From a bacterium (lineage in GTDB: Bacteria; Patescibacteriota; Patescibacteriia; UBA10025), in NCBI GenBank assembly GCA_021815445.1, contig JAKAGM010000001.1, forward strand, positions 595,710-659,709: DNA of 64,000 nt, in the 5' to 3' direction. A program made the position numbers and the translations under genes. Under the pieces are notes generated by a model. It saw only the letters and a program-made list of their open reading frames with translations. It searched no databases and was not told where the DNA came from. This document shows, in pieces, positions 47,695 through 57,329 of this stretch; position 1 is the stretch's first letter; each line of letters starts with the position of its first letter.

Positions 47695-48750
47695 ATGAGT
47701 ATGAAATCACCCAAATATATCACCCACGGCACAAGTTCCGGACAAGACGCCGAAAAAATACAGGAAGAGGGTTTTGAAGCGCAAGAAGGACGCGCAACGG
47801 TGTCGGGTGATTTAATTTATGCTTACAAATGGGCGACGAAACAAGAACGGAGGAGCGCAAGTAAAAGTGAAACTAAAATTGGCGAGGAAGAAAAAGGCCG
47901 AATCGTTATAATGAAAGTTCCGGAGGACAAGTCAGTCGATTATGCAACCCACACCGGCATTGAAGTAGATGAAACTTCGAAAGAAATTACGGGTTACTCT
48001 TCAAAATATGAATCCGGAAGAAAACAGCTTGCGATTTACGACGGGGGAGACGTCGTAAAAACGAGAGAAAAAATCGAACGGGCAAAAAAGGAGCTAAAAG
48101 AAATAGAAGCCCAACTTTCAGATTTTTTCAGAGCAAATAATATTGATCCCGATCAGATAAAATCTAAAGAAGATCTGAATGGCGCGATAGAACCTTTTGA
48201 AATTCAAAAGAAGATTGAAATTCTAAGAAAAGTCGAAGAACTGGAAAAACAGCGCATCGAAAAAAGAAAAGAAGCCGAAGCGGATGTCTCCATCTCGCAG
48301 GAAAATATTTTAATGAGCGTTATTCCGACGCAAGAGCTCGGTGAAAAACTCAGCGAACTTTCTCAGAAAATAAGAAACTTGGAAACGGTTGACCTTGAAA
48401 ATTTTACCGGAGAAATTTCAAAAATCATCGAAGCTGATAAAAACAATTTTCTGGCTTCGGGTTTAAACGTGCGTGAAGTTGTAGGGAACCTTTTGTCTTC
48501 TACAATGGAGACGGAAGTCGTCAATATGGTGAGATCGCTTTCTATGGATGTCAAAAGGGCGCAAGGGTACGAGGTATATAATCGCGGCAAAGATGAGATA
48601 AAGGGGAAAGAGGTCGATAAAGACCGGCTTCGGCAGAAACTTGAAAAAATTCTTGCCGCTGTTGAGGCCGATGATTTTGATATTGGAATGGAAAATCTCA
48701 ACAGATACATCAGGATGAATGTGGATCAGTTGCTGAGAGAATTGAGATAG
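47695..48750 (+). CDS. Hypothetical protein with ADP-ribosyltransferase-like N-terminus and coiled-coil C-terminus
   Basis: YITHGTS...IQEEGF...ATVSGDLIYAYKWA...GRIVIMKVP; TTGACA-17-TAAGAT promoter at 47645-47673. Confidence 0.7.
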   Translation: MSMKSPKYITHGTSSGQDAEKIQEEGFEAQEGRATVSGDLIYAYKWATKQERRSASKSETKIGEEEKGRIVIMKVPEDKSVDYATHTGIEVDETSKEITGYSSKYESGRKQLAIYDGGDVVKTREKIERAKKELKEIEAQLSDFFRANNIDPDQIKSKEDLNGAIEPFEIQKKIEILRKVEELEKQRIEKRKEAEADVSISQENILMSVIPTQELGEKLSELSQKIRNLETVDLENFTGEISKIIEADKNNFLASGLNVREVVGNLLSSTMETEVVNMVRSLSMDVKRAQGYEVYNRGKDEIKGKEVDKDRLRQKLEKILAAVEADDFDIGMENLNRYIRMNVDQLLRELR

Positions 48751-48843
48751 AGAGCTTTCCGTTGAAAAGATTTACATTTCCAAAAGGTCCAAAAATCCCC
48801 TTCACATACCTGTCCGAAATCGTATTTTGGTGAGAAAAACCCT

Positions 48844-49404
48844 ATGAAAAAATGGAAAAAGAAAAAATCGGAACTGGTTCTTGATACGAAATTTTTTAAA
48901 GTAAGGAAAGACACGGTAGAATTACCGACCGGGGAAGCTAAAGAATGGACGTATTGGGATAGCCAGGACTCAGCAATGGTTTTAGGGATGACGAGGGACA
49001 AAAAAATGGTGATGATTAAGCAGCATCGATATCTTGTAGGAGATGAAGTCATAGAATTTCCTTCGGGAGGACTTCATGATGGGGAAACTATAGAAGCCGG
49101 AGCGAAACGAGAATTTGAGGAAGAAAGCGGATTCCGGTGTGCATCATTGCAAAAACTGGGTTCGTTTTATGAAACGTACGGCAGTTTGAACAGGCAAATC
49201 CACATATTCTTTGCCAAAAGCGTATTTCAATCCCGTCAAAAGCTTGACCGGGGAGAAAGCGGGTTTGAAGATATCCAAGTACAGCTCATAGATTTTGAGA
49301 AGGCGATTAAACTTGCGCTTGAGAATAAAATTGTCGCGATGGGTTCTTCGTTGGCAATCCTCCTATTGAAAGAAAAAGTTGAGAGAGGGAAAATAAAGCT
49401 TTAG
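48844..49404 (+). CDS. Nudix hydrolase (ADP-ribose pyrophosphatase-like)
   Basis: EFPSGGLHDGETIEAGAKREFEEESG Nudix box; IKQHRY. Confidence 0.9.
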   Translation: MKKWKKKKSELVLDTKFFKVRKDTVELPTGEAKEWTYWDSQDSAMVLGMTRDKKMVMIKQHRYLVGDEVIEFPSGGLHDGETIEAGAKREFEEESGFRCASLQKLGSFYETYGSLNRQIHIFFAKSVFQSRQKLDRGESGFEDIQVQLIDFEKAIKLALENKIVAMGSSLAILLLKEKVERGKIKL

Positions 49405-49607
49405 CGTATTCTTTGAAAGAACATAACAAACTTCGGTGCAAAAAAGAAACAGTGGGGCTGTTTATTCTGCCCCAATTTACACGTCTTCCATTGACCCCTG
49501 TCTGAAGCGCTGAAAATCCACTATACTGCATACACAGACGGGGTTCTGACCCGACTTGCCCGCATAATAGCCATATTTTTTTAAAAAATATACTAACGGT
49601 ATATACT

Positions 49608-50099
49608 ATGCCCGATTCAACAAACGCCCACGGCAAAGTTCTCGCCTCATGGACATTCCCCGAGTACATCCGCCATCACTACTCCAGGACGTGGTATATC
49701 GCCGCGGGAATTATCGTCGGCGGCTCGTTTCTGCTATCTATCCTTAAAGCAAATATCCTCTTCGCGGTGTTCATATTGATGATTGTCGCGCTGTATGTTA
49801 TAAGGAACCGGAGGCCGCCGGTAGACATCAGGCTCAATATCACCGAAGACGGCCTCGAGGTGGAAAATACGTTTTACTCCTATGACAGGATGAAGGCATT
49901 CTGGGTTGTTTACCAGCCCCCCGAAGTAAAGCGCTTATATATAGGATTTAAGAATACCCTCAGTACCAACCTTTCCATCCCGCTGCAAGACCAGAATCCC
50001 GTGCGCATACGCGAATTTCTCCTGAGATACGTTACCGAAGACTTGGAACAGCAGAATGAGTCGTTTTCCGATGCGGTTCAGCGGCTATTGAAGCTATAG
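49608..50099 (+). CDS. Two-TM hypothetical protein with PH-like C-terminus
   Basis: WTFPEY, two TM segments, ITEDGLEV..FYSYDRMKAFW. Confidence 0.8.
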   Translation: MPDSTNAHGKVLASWTFPEYIRHHYSRTWYIAAGIIVGGSFLLSILKANILFAVFILMIVALYVIRNRRPPVDIRLNITEDGLEVENTFYSYDRMKAFWVVYQPPEVKRLYIGFKNTLSTNLSIPLQDQNPVRIREFLLRYVTEDLEQQNESFSDAVQRLLKL

Positions 50100-50233
50100 C
50101 CATCCGGCTGTTTTGAATTAAGCTTGAATGCCTCGCCCTTGTCGTCTCCGCCAGCCCGTCCCGCTTCGCGGTGCGGGGCCGGTCGCAGCAACCGAGGATC
50201 TCGCCGTATTCACCTAATATTTACCATTCCTGT

Positions 50234-50305
50234 GCCCTCGTCGTTCAACGGATAGGACACAAGCTTGCGGAGCTTGTAATCGAAGTTCGATTCTTCGCGA
50301 GGGCA
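50234..50305 (+). tRNA. tRNA-Arg(GCG), CCA not encoded
   Basis: Acceptor GCCCTCG/CGAGGGC; CAAGC-TTGCGGA-GCTTG; GAAG-TTCGATT-CTTC. Confidence 0.93.
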
Positions 50306-50500
50306 AAGGAATGGGTGGTATTTGAAGGCGGGACTTTGGAATACAGCTAAATTTCAGGAACGATCCTGTCCTAGTTGACGGAGCATGTAACAACCCGATA
50401 ACTCGTGCCGATAGAAGTGACAGACGCCGAGGTATGCTAAGCTGTTCTTTTCAGCTATACTTCCTCCGCAGTCACTAATTAATAAATAAAGGAACCATAT

Positions 50501-51613
50501 ATGCGCAAAAAGCTTACTTCCCTCACGCTCGTGGCAATGCTGGCATTTGTCTTGGTGCCCAACGTGCTCTACGCGGCCGAGAATACTCTCACGGCTGATC
50601 CAATATCTTCGGCCGTGCCGAACAGTATTACAATTACCGGCATACTTGCTGCAATGAGCGGCGTTAGCGCGCCAGCGACACTTACAGTTACCGTCGGCGC
50701 TACCACCTATACGGTGGAGGTAACAACAAGTACGAAGATTGTGAGAAAATTTAATGGCGTTTCCGATGGGGGTGAAATGATGGTTGGCGATATACTAGAG
50801 GTAAAAGGAGTATTATCCGATGCAACGGCAAACCTCATCACAGCGAACAAGATTAAGGATATCTCGGTACAGAGAGCCGGCGGAACTTTTAAAGGAGCGA
50901 TTGTCACGCTTGACTGCACGAACAACAAATTCACGTTCAAACCGAATGAACGCCAGCAACAGACCGTGTATATTTCCAGCACGACTAAAATTATACGGGG
51001 CGGCGAAAAAATCGCCTGCACGGATCTGAACAACGGCGAAAAAGCGCTGGTCATAGGTCTCTGGCGTCAGGCAAGCAAGCGGATCGACGCTGACAGGATT
51101 ATCGTAAGCATGAAAACGCTGTCAGGAACTATCTCGGCAATAACGTTGACAGGAACCGGATTGCCGGCAACGCTTACTGTAGATCTAAAAAACGGGCAGA
51201 AGTGGACTGTCAACGTCACGTCGTCAACCAAGCTCTTCAGACGCTACATGGGCACAGCGACTATTAACGAATTCCTAGTAGGCGACAAAGTGGAAGCACG
51301 GGGTACGCAGGGAACCGGGTTGGTGCTGAATGCCAGGGTCGTGCGCGACAACTCAGTAGTAATCAAAAACAGGGATTTCGTCGGCACTATTTCCTCTATT
51401 GATTCTAGCGCGCAATCATTTGTCATCCCGATCAAACGAAAAGGAGCGACTTCAAATCTGACTGTCACGACAACGAGTGCGACGAAATTCTACAACGACG
51501 GTACCGCCATTTCCTTTGCTGACCTCACTGTCGGCGCCAAAGTGAAAGTTCTCGGTGTCTACAATGAAACGGCAAAAACTCTAGCCGCATCGAGAGTTTT
51601 CATCGAAGATTAG
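50501..51613 (+). CDS. Secreted protein with four tandem DUF5666-like (OB-fold) repeats
   Basis: Signal peptide; repeated G.I.....TV.VTSSTK.....VGD.VEV.G......A..I pattern. Confidence 0.85.
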   Translation: MRKKLTSLTLVAMLAFVLVPNVLYAAENTLTADPISSAVPNSITITGILAAMSGVSAPATLTVTVGATTYTVEVTTSTKIVRKFNGVSDGGEMMVGDILEVKGVLSDATANLITANKIKDISVQRAGGTFKGAIVTLDCTNNKFTFKPNERQQQTVYISSTTKIIRGGEKIACTDLNNGEKALVIGLWRQASKRIDADRIIVSMKTLSGTISAITLTGTGLPATLTVDLKNGQKWTVNVTSSTKLFRRYMGTATINEFLVGDKVEARGTQGTGLVLNARVVRDNSVVIKNRDFVGTISSIDSSAQSFVIPIKRKGATSNLTVTTTSATKFYNDGTAISFADLTVGAKVKVLGVYNETAKTLAASRVFIED

Positions 51614-51627
51614 AGAGATATAACATG

Positions 51628-51658
51628 AAACGGCCTCTTGCAGAAGAGGCCGTTTTTT
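51628..51658 (+). terminator. Intrinsic terminator
   Basis: AAACGGCCTCTT/AAGAGGCCGTTT plus T-run. Confidence 0.85.
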
Positions 51659-51705
51659 GGATAAAAAAACCCTCAGCCGGAATCCGGCGGGGGCATGATT
51701 TAGTC

Positions 51706-52212
51706 TTAGTCGGGAGAGATAAGCTGTTGCATTGTGTGGTACCAGTCAAGCTGAGACTCGTCTCCCCAGGCCATCATGACAGGCGCCTCACCTTCGTGGT
51801 TGGGGCACGGCTTGAGCATCTCGCCATTCGCAGTTAAATAACACTTCGGGCAATACATGAGACGCACACCAGGCCCCACCTCATCAGGTATCGCTCCCTG
51901 AGGAGGAATGAGGTACACCGGTTCCTCCGGCGGATCCGAGTACTCGGCCCGAAGCATGCCGTGGGCATCAATCTCCGCGGAATCAGCGAGATGCATGAGT
52001 AAGGGAACAGCGTGGTCATTGTCACATATGGGCTGCGAGGCGGCCTTTCTCGTGGCGCCGCATTGACGGCATACATATGTGAACAGGGTTTTTGGCTTTT
52101 CGACCGGTTCAGGCGGATAAAAACGCGGGTTCGCCGCGAACAGACGCAGATAATGCGGCACACGGAACGCCCAGCAGATATAGAGGAGCACTAAGAGATA
52201 GACAAAGAACAT
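51706..52212 (-). CDS. Hypothetical protein: N-terminal TM plus two repeated CxxC...C..H Zn-ribbon modules
   Basis: YVCRQC...CDNDH...LM and MYCPKC...CPNH...MM; AGGAGG SD; TTGACC-17-TAGAGT promoter. Confidence 0.75.
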   Translation of the reverse strand: MFFVYLLVLLYICWAFRVPHYLRLFAANPRFYPPEPVEKPKTLFTYVCRQCGATRKAASQPICDNDHAVPLLMHLADSAEIDAHGMLRAEYSDPPEEPVYLIPPQGAIPDEVGPGVRLMYCPKCYLTANGEMLKPCPNHEGEAPVMMAWGDESQLDWYHTMQQLISPD

Positions 52213-52256
52213 GACGCCCTCCTGCAGTAAGAATGTTCCAAATCGTTGTCGCCTTC

Positions 52257-52327
52257 ACTCTAGCAGGGACGCCGGGGAAGGTCAAAAAGGCAGCACCATT
52301 GACAAATCTTCAAAAGCATGCTATCCT
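52257..52327. promoter_or_regulatory. Back-to-back divergent sigma70 promoters
   Basis: Minus TTGACC-17-TAGAGT (52257-52285); plus TTGACA-17-TATCCT (52299-52327). Confidence 0.7.
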
Positions 52328-52384
52328 CCGCTGTCAAATAACATAGTTCCACGTAATTCAACCTAAAGCGAAGGGAGTGTCACA

Positions 52385-52843
52385 GTGAATGTTACAGAAT
52401 TGATCGCAGGGATCAAAGCCGGATTACCCGCAACCGCGGAGCTTACGGTCGACACGGTCTATCCAACTATGGATCTTATGGATCTGAACCTCACCTTGTC
52501 GGGATCCCTCCTGGGCGAGATCATCCCCAGTGGTGCTGCGAAGAAGTTAATCTTCGCAGGTGCACGGGCTGAAAAACCCCGCGTACGCATCCGGGTGATA
52601 CCGAAGCAGCCCACGGACGGGGACGAGCCCATGATCGACCAAGCTCTCGCTGAGGCAGCCCGCTATGTCCAAGCGGGCGAGGTGGAAGGCGTGAACCGTG
52701 AAATCACGCGCAGCAAGCGTACCACAGAAGGGCTTCCAGCTGGAACAAAGATCTCCTGGCATCTCACCCTGGTTGTTGATGAGCTGCTGCCGCCATCTGG
52801 CAGTACGTACCAGACTCGCATCCAGCAACGCTGGACCCTATAG
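52385..52843 (+). CDS. Hypothetical protein, 152 aa (GTG start)
   Basis: AAGGGAG SD, own promoter, hairpin plus T-run at about 52875-52909. Confidence 0.7.
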   Translation: MNVTELIAGIKAGLPATAELTVDTVYPTMDLMDLNLTLSGSLLGEIIPSGAAKKLIFAGARAEKPRVRIRVIPKQPTDGDEPMIDQALAEAARYVQAGEVEGVNREITRSKRTTEGLPAGTKISWHLTLVVDELLPPSGSTYQTRIQQRWTL

Positions 52844-52948
52844 CGGCCCACTCACCATAACATGGAACATTGGACCCCCTCTCCGTACGCGGCGAGGGTT
52901 TTTCTTTTTGCATAAAACAATTCCCGGCTTTTTTGCTACAATAGATGC

Positions 52949-55027
52949 ATGCCTCTCACTCTACATACTCCCATTCACGACCTTCATGGCGTCGGGGAGA
53001 AATTAGACAAGCGTTTTGCCAAGCTCGGCATCAGGACCGTGCAGGACCTTTTGGCGTTCTACCCTAAACGGTATGACGACTTCAGAGCCATAACACCGAT
53101 AAACCAGATTACTCCCGACTCCCGCGTACATATCCGTGCTCGCGTCGACCTTATAGAGAACCACCGATCGCCCCGGCGCAGAATGATGATTACCGAGTCG
53201 TTACTCTCCGACGAGACGGGAAGCATCAAGGCGGTCTGGTTTAACCAGCCGTTTATCACGAAACAGCTTGCCCGAGGGGACACAGTGTATCTCGCCGGCA
53301 AGGCTGAGCTCGATGAATACGGCCTGCATCTCTCAAGCCCGACATATGAAAAAGAAAAATCCCAGCAGACCCACACGGCGCGTATTGTGCCGCTCTACGC
53401 GTTGACGGAGAATCTCACCGCGAAACAGCTCCGGTATGCAATCAAACTTGTACTACCCGTGGCAAAAATGATCCCTGACTGGCTCCCGGAAGATATTCGT
53501 GTTACCTATAAACTGCTACCGCTTGCACAGGCCGTCGAATATATACATTTCCCCGCCGACGGACAGCAGCTTCTGGACGCAAAACAGCGTCTCAAGTTCA
53601 ATGAGCTTTTTCTGATCCAACTCCGGGCGGGCCTCACCAGAGAACAGCTCAGTAAAGAAACGGCCCCGGTTATCACGTTCAACACGGATAGAACAAAGCG
53701 GTTTGTCTCGTCACTGACTTTTACGCTTACTGACGCGCAGAAAAAAACATCCTGGGAAATAGTGCAGGACATAGCAAAGAGCCGCCCGATGAACAGGTTG
53801 CTCGAAGGAGACGTCGGCTCGGGCAAAACGATCGTGGCCGCTATAGCGATGCTTAACGCGGCGGACTGCGGATACCAATCGGCACTCATGTCTCCGACTG
53901 AGATACTCGCCGAACAGCACTTCGCCACACTGACAAAACTCCTTCGGAAGGAACGCCTGTCTGTCGCGCTTTTAACCGGCGGCGCGGCGCGCGTGAATAC
54001 TTCGGTGAACCATACAAAGACCCAGGTGAAGAAAATGATCGCGGAAGGGAAGATACATATTGTCATCGGCACCCACGCCCTCATCCAGGAGACCGTCTCA
54101 TTCCACAACCTTGGTCTTGTCGTACTCGACGAACAGCATAGGTTCGGCGTGGAACAAAGGAAAAAGCTGGCCAAGAAATCACGATCCCAAGCATCGCAAC
54201 TCTTCCCCCACCTGCTCTCCATGACGGCAACGCCGATTCCTCGGTCATTGGCCCTCACTGTGTATGGCGACCTCGATCTTTCTGTGATTGACCAGATGCC
54301 TCCTGGCCGGAAAGAGATCATCACAAAGACTATTGTCCCGCACAAACGTGAGGAGACCTATCAATTCATCAGAGAGGAGATAGCTCAGGGACATCAGGCG
54401 TTTGTCATCTGCCCGCTGATAGACCCCTCCGACACGCTTGGCGTCAAGTCCGTCAAACAGGAGGCCGAACGCCTGGATACGACAGTGTTCCCCGACTTGA
54501 GGATCGGGATGCTCCACGGCAAGCTCGGCGTAAAACGGAAGGAGCTGGTCATGCGGCAAATGGCTGAAGGGACGATAGATATTCTTTGCGCCACCGCAGT
54601 AGTCGAAGTCGGCATTGACGTGCCTAAAGCGACGGTCATGATGATTGAGGGCGCCGAGCGATTTGGCTTGGCTCAGCTCCATCAATTCAGGGGGCGCGTA
54701 GGACGGTCAGAGCGCCAGTCGTACTGCTTTCTCTTTACTGATACTGAGAACGCCAAGACCATCGAACGCCTCCACGCGCTCGTCCAGTCAAAGAACGGCT
54801 TCGAGCTCGCTGAGAAAGACCTTGAGTTCCGGGGCCCAGGCGACATGTTCGGATCCCGCCAGACAGGCCTGCCGCAGTTGAAAATGGCAACGCTGTCAGA
54901 CTACCAGATTATCAAGCAAACCCGCGAGGCAGTGAAAGATTTACTCCATAAGGACGCGACCCTCTCAACATGGCCTCTGCTCAAGAAACGAGCCGAGCAG
55001 TTTGAAAGGTCTCTGCATTTGGAGTAA
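52949..55027 (+). CDS. recG: ATP-dependent DNA helicase RecG
   Basis: RLLEGDVGSGKT, DEQHRFGV, MTATPIPRSL, QLHQFRGRVGR. Confidence 0.97.
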   Translation: MPLTLHTPIHDLHGVGEKLDKRFAKLGIRTVQDLLAFYPKRYDDFRAITPINQITPDSRVHIRARVDLIENHRSPRRRMMITESLLSDETGSIKAVWFNQPFITKQLARGDTVYLAGKAELDEYGLHLSSPTYEKEKSQQTHTARIVPLYALTENLTAKQLRYAIKLVLPVAKMIPDWLPEDIRVTYKLLPLAQAVEYIHFPADGQQLLDAKQRLKFNELFLIQLRAGLTREQLSKETAPVITFNTDRTKRFVSSLTFTLTDAQKKTSWEIVQDIAKSRPMNRLLEGDVGSGKTIVAAIAMLNAADCGYQSALMSPTEILAEQHFATLTKLLRKERLSVALLTGGAARVNTSVNHTKTQVKKMIAEGKIHIVIGTHALIQETVSFHNLGLVVLDEQHRFGVEQRKKLAKKSRSQASQLFPHLLSMTATPIPRSLALTVYGDLDLSVIDQMPPGRKEIITKTIVPHKREETYQFIREEIAQGHQAFVICPLIDPSDTLGVKSVKQEAERLDTTVFPDLRIGMLHGKLGVKRKELVMRQMAEGTIDILCATAVVEVGIDVPKATVMMIEGAERFGLAQLHQFRGRVGRSERQSYCFLFTDTENAKTIERLHALVQSKNGFELAEKDLEFRGPGDMFGSRQTGLPQLKMATLSDYQIIKQTREAVKDLLHKDATLSTWPLLKKRAEQFERSLHLE

Positions 55028-55029
55028 TG

Positions 55030-55290
55030 AACTACCATCAGCTCTCGCTGGTGGTTTCTGTCTTGCCGTCTTGAAAACGGCTGGTTTGCAAAAACTCAGA
55101 AATGGACTTTTCCCCTCGCACGGCGCACTGTCTGCCTTCGGCCCTGAAGGGCTCAGGCCCTGAACGGGAGGCCAGCAGGAAAGAAAAATATACTCCAAAC
55201 GGCCGAGTTTGCGCCGTGCTGTCCTTTCTTTTCTCTCCACTTTTCTTTGGACAAGCAAAGAAAAGTGGAGCCCACCCCGGAGGGGAAAGA
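55030..55290. repeat. Multi-hairpin intergenic element (MITE/REP-like)
   Basis: CTCCACTTTTCTTTG-GACAAG-CAAAGAAAAGTGGAG, GCCCT-GA-AGGGC, GCACGGCGCA...TGCGCCGTGC. Confidence 0.55.
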
Positions 55291-55452
55291 TGAAAATACT
55301 TCAATGAGCCATACTGTAATCACCTCCTTTCCTCTCAAAGATCGGAGGTAATTGCAATGTACACGAGGTACCCTGAAAAACGCACACACCCCGCTTAGCG
55401 GGGTGGTTTTTACAGATTAGAAGAAAACAATCTTGTCCGACACTTTACTGTC

Positions 55453-55729
55453 TTGACAAAAAGCAGCGCTATGTGTTACTAATGGAAGATATTCCGTTCT
55501 TTTCAAATGAACTTTTAACGCGAATGCGAGGGGAGTCCGAACTGTAGAAGCTGCCCGCTCCTCGGTTTGGACCCCCTCCGTCGTGTTAACACAAGCTTCG
55601 TCAGCTAACCGCAATCAACCTCACACCCTAACCAGTACTTCTGTTCGGAGGGTACAGAAGCACGTCAACCACAATCAACCAACGAGGAGGAGAATTCAAA
55701 CAAGTACTTAGGTTGTAAGGAGCGGGCAA
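55453..55729 (+). promoter_or_regulatory. Promoter plus ~240-nt structured 5' leader with anti-SD
   Basis: TTGACA at 55453; CGTTCTTTTCAA at 55495; TGCCCGCTCCT (55552-55562) is complementary to AGGAGCGGGCA (55718-55728). Confidence 0.65.
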
Positions 55730-56002
55730 ATGCAGAAAAACGATGCCAAGTTATGTCCCGGGTGCAAAAAGCAGACGCTTGAACTGGTAGGATCGATATC
55801 TTCGAGTCCGCCAGAGCCCTGGGAACACTGTCCCGGCTGCCAGACCGATGTCGTCGAAGGAGATGTACTCCATGTTTCCATTACCGAGTACAAACAGCGA
55901 CGCGCGATAGTCTATCGCCCCGGAAAAGTCACTGTCAACAAAAGAGGTCGCGAGTTAGGCCTGGGCAAGCATGCTGGCACGTTCGGAACCGTCAAAAAGT
56001 GA
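55730..56002 (+). CDS. Small Zn-ribbon protein, 90 aa
   Basis: CPGC...CPGC; AAGGAG SD; terminator-like hairpin at 56022-56056. Confidence 0.7.
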   Translation: MQKNDAKLCPGCKKQTLELVGSISSSPPEPWEHCPGCQTDVVEGDVLHVSITEYKQRRAIVYRPGKVTVNKRGRELGLGKHAGTFGTVKK

Positions 56003-56084
56003 AGGATCCGCAACAGCAACAGCGGGGGACCCGATCGATCTCCCGCCTTTTCTTTTATTTGAATTCTTTGATGCACTCCCCGGC

Positions 56085-57329
56085 CTATGGCCAGTAAGTG
56101 GTTGGGTTGTCCTGGATCCTCTGGAGGATGCCGGAGACTGTTTCGACGTATCCACGCGTCTCGGCATATCCGCCGTTTTGCGTACACTGCCACCAGGTCT
56201 GGCCCGGACAGAGTGTACTGCAGTAATTTGCTCCTTTGCCTCCGTTGTACGCGGCAATGGCATATTTGAGTTCGTTGGCGTTACACACCTGGCCGTTGGG
56301 ACACGGATGCTCGGCATCGACCGGGGGGCAAGGATTGGCAACAAGCGTTGCGAGATAGGCAGCTCCGGCGGTAATATTTGTCGCCGGATCCTTAAGCGCT
56401 TCACAGCTTAAGGACGCTGTGCTGGGCAGAAGCTGCATGAGGCCGCAAGCGCCAGCGGCCGAAACTGCATTCGGATTCCCCCCGGACTCGGCGAACATGA
56501 TTGCTTTAATGAGGTTGCGGTCAATGCTCGCCGCCCCCGCTGCCGTGGAAATGTTCGCGTCGTAGGTGTTGATGTTTGTGCCGGACCACGCTTCGGCGGG
56601 CGCTCCTTTTTCGCTCCTGGCTGTTGCCTCGCTCATTGGCTGCAAGATTTCGGAAACGGGTTTAAGGGAAAGATTTTTAAACTTCACCAACTCAGGATTT
56701 ATCGTCAAAAGGATCATATACGCACCGACAGAAAGCGCGAGCCCTATCATCGCTGAGATAATCTGGTCTTGCGCGTCAGAAAACTTTTGAGGATTGCCGA
56801 AACTCACGACGTATTTAACGCCACCGTACATCATCATGACAGTCGAGAGTATTCCTGCCACTCCGACAAAGAACACATACACGGCGGATATCCATTCCCC
56901 GAACGTCCCGCCGGTTATCACGATCTCCTGCCCTGAGATAAACTTGGAACCCGGCAGGGTAATATAAGGTTTAAATGTGACTTTTTTTTCTTCGGGTGGA
57001 AGTACGGGCGGACTTAAAACGTCTCCCGGCGCGGCGCTCGTACTGGTAACCTCCTTGCCCGTCTGCTTGTCATAGCACTTACTGAGCACTTGATAAGTGC
57101 CTACGGGCCCCGTACAGCACAGGTGGGTATTGGGCGCGACGTCACAATAGCACCCCTGTTGCCCGCCGCAGGTATCGAGCTTGCAGTTTCCCGGCTGCAG
57201 ATTGATGTCATAACAGGATGTCAATGCCGCTTGCGACGGAATCGGCAACGACAGCGCACCGATCATCAGGCATGCCATGATGAGCACGGTTTTAACGAAA
57301 AAGAGTTTACGTTTACTTTTGAGATGCAT
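56085..57329 (-). CDS. T4SS pilin-like (VirB2/TrbC-type) domain fused to an SLT lytic transglycosylase
   Basis: GVAGILSTVMMMYGGVKY...AQDQIISAMIGL...ILLTINPELV; AIMFAESGGNPNAVS..GACGLMQL, AAYNGG. Confidence 0.85.
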   Translation of the reverse strand: MHLKSKRKLFFVKTVLIMACLMIGALSLPIPSQAALTSCYDINLQPGNCKLDTCGGQQGCYCDVAPNTHLCCTGPVGTYQVLSKCYDKQTGKEVTSTSAAPGDVLSPPVLPPEEKKVTFKPYITLPGSKFISGQEIVITGGTFGEWISAVYVFFVGVAGILSTVMMMYGGVKYVVSFGNPQKFSDAQDQIISAMIGLALSVGAYMILLTINPELVKFKNLSLKPVSEILQPMSEATARSEKGAPAEAWSGTNINTYDANISTAAGAASIDRNLIKAIMFAESGGNPNAVSAAGACGLMQLLPSTASLSCEALKDPATNITAGAAYLATLVANPCPPVDAEHPCPNGQVCNANELKYAIAAYNGGKGANYCSTLCPGQTWWQCTQNGGYAETRGYVETVSGILQRIQDNPTTYWP

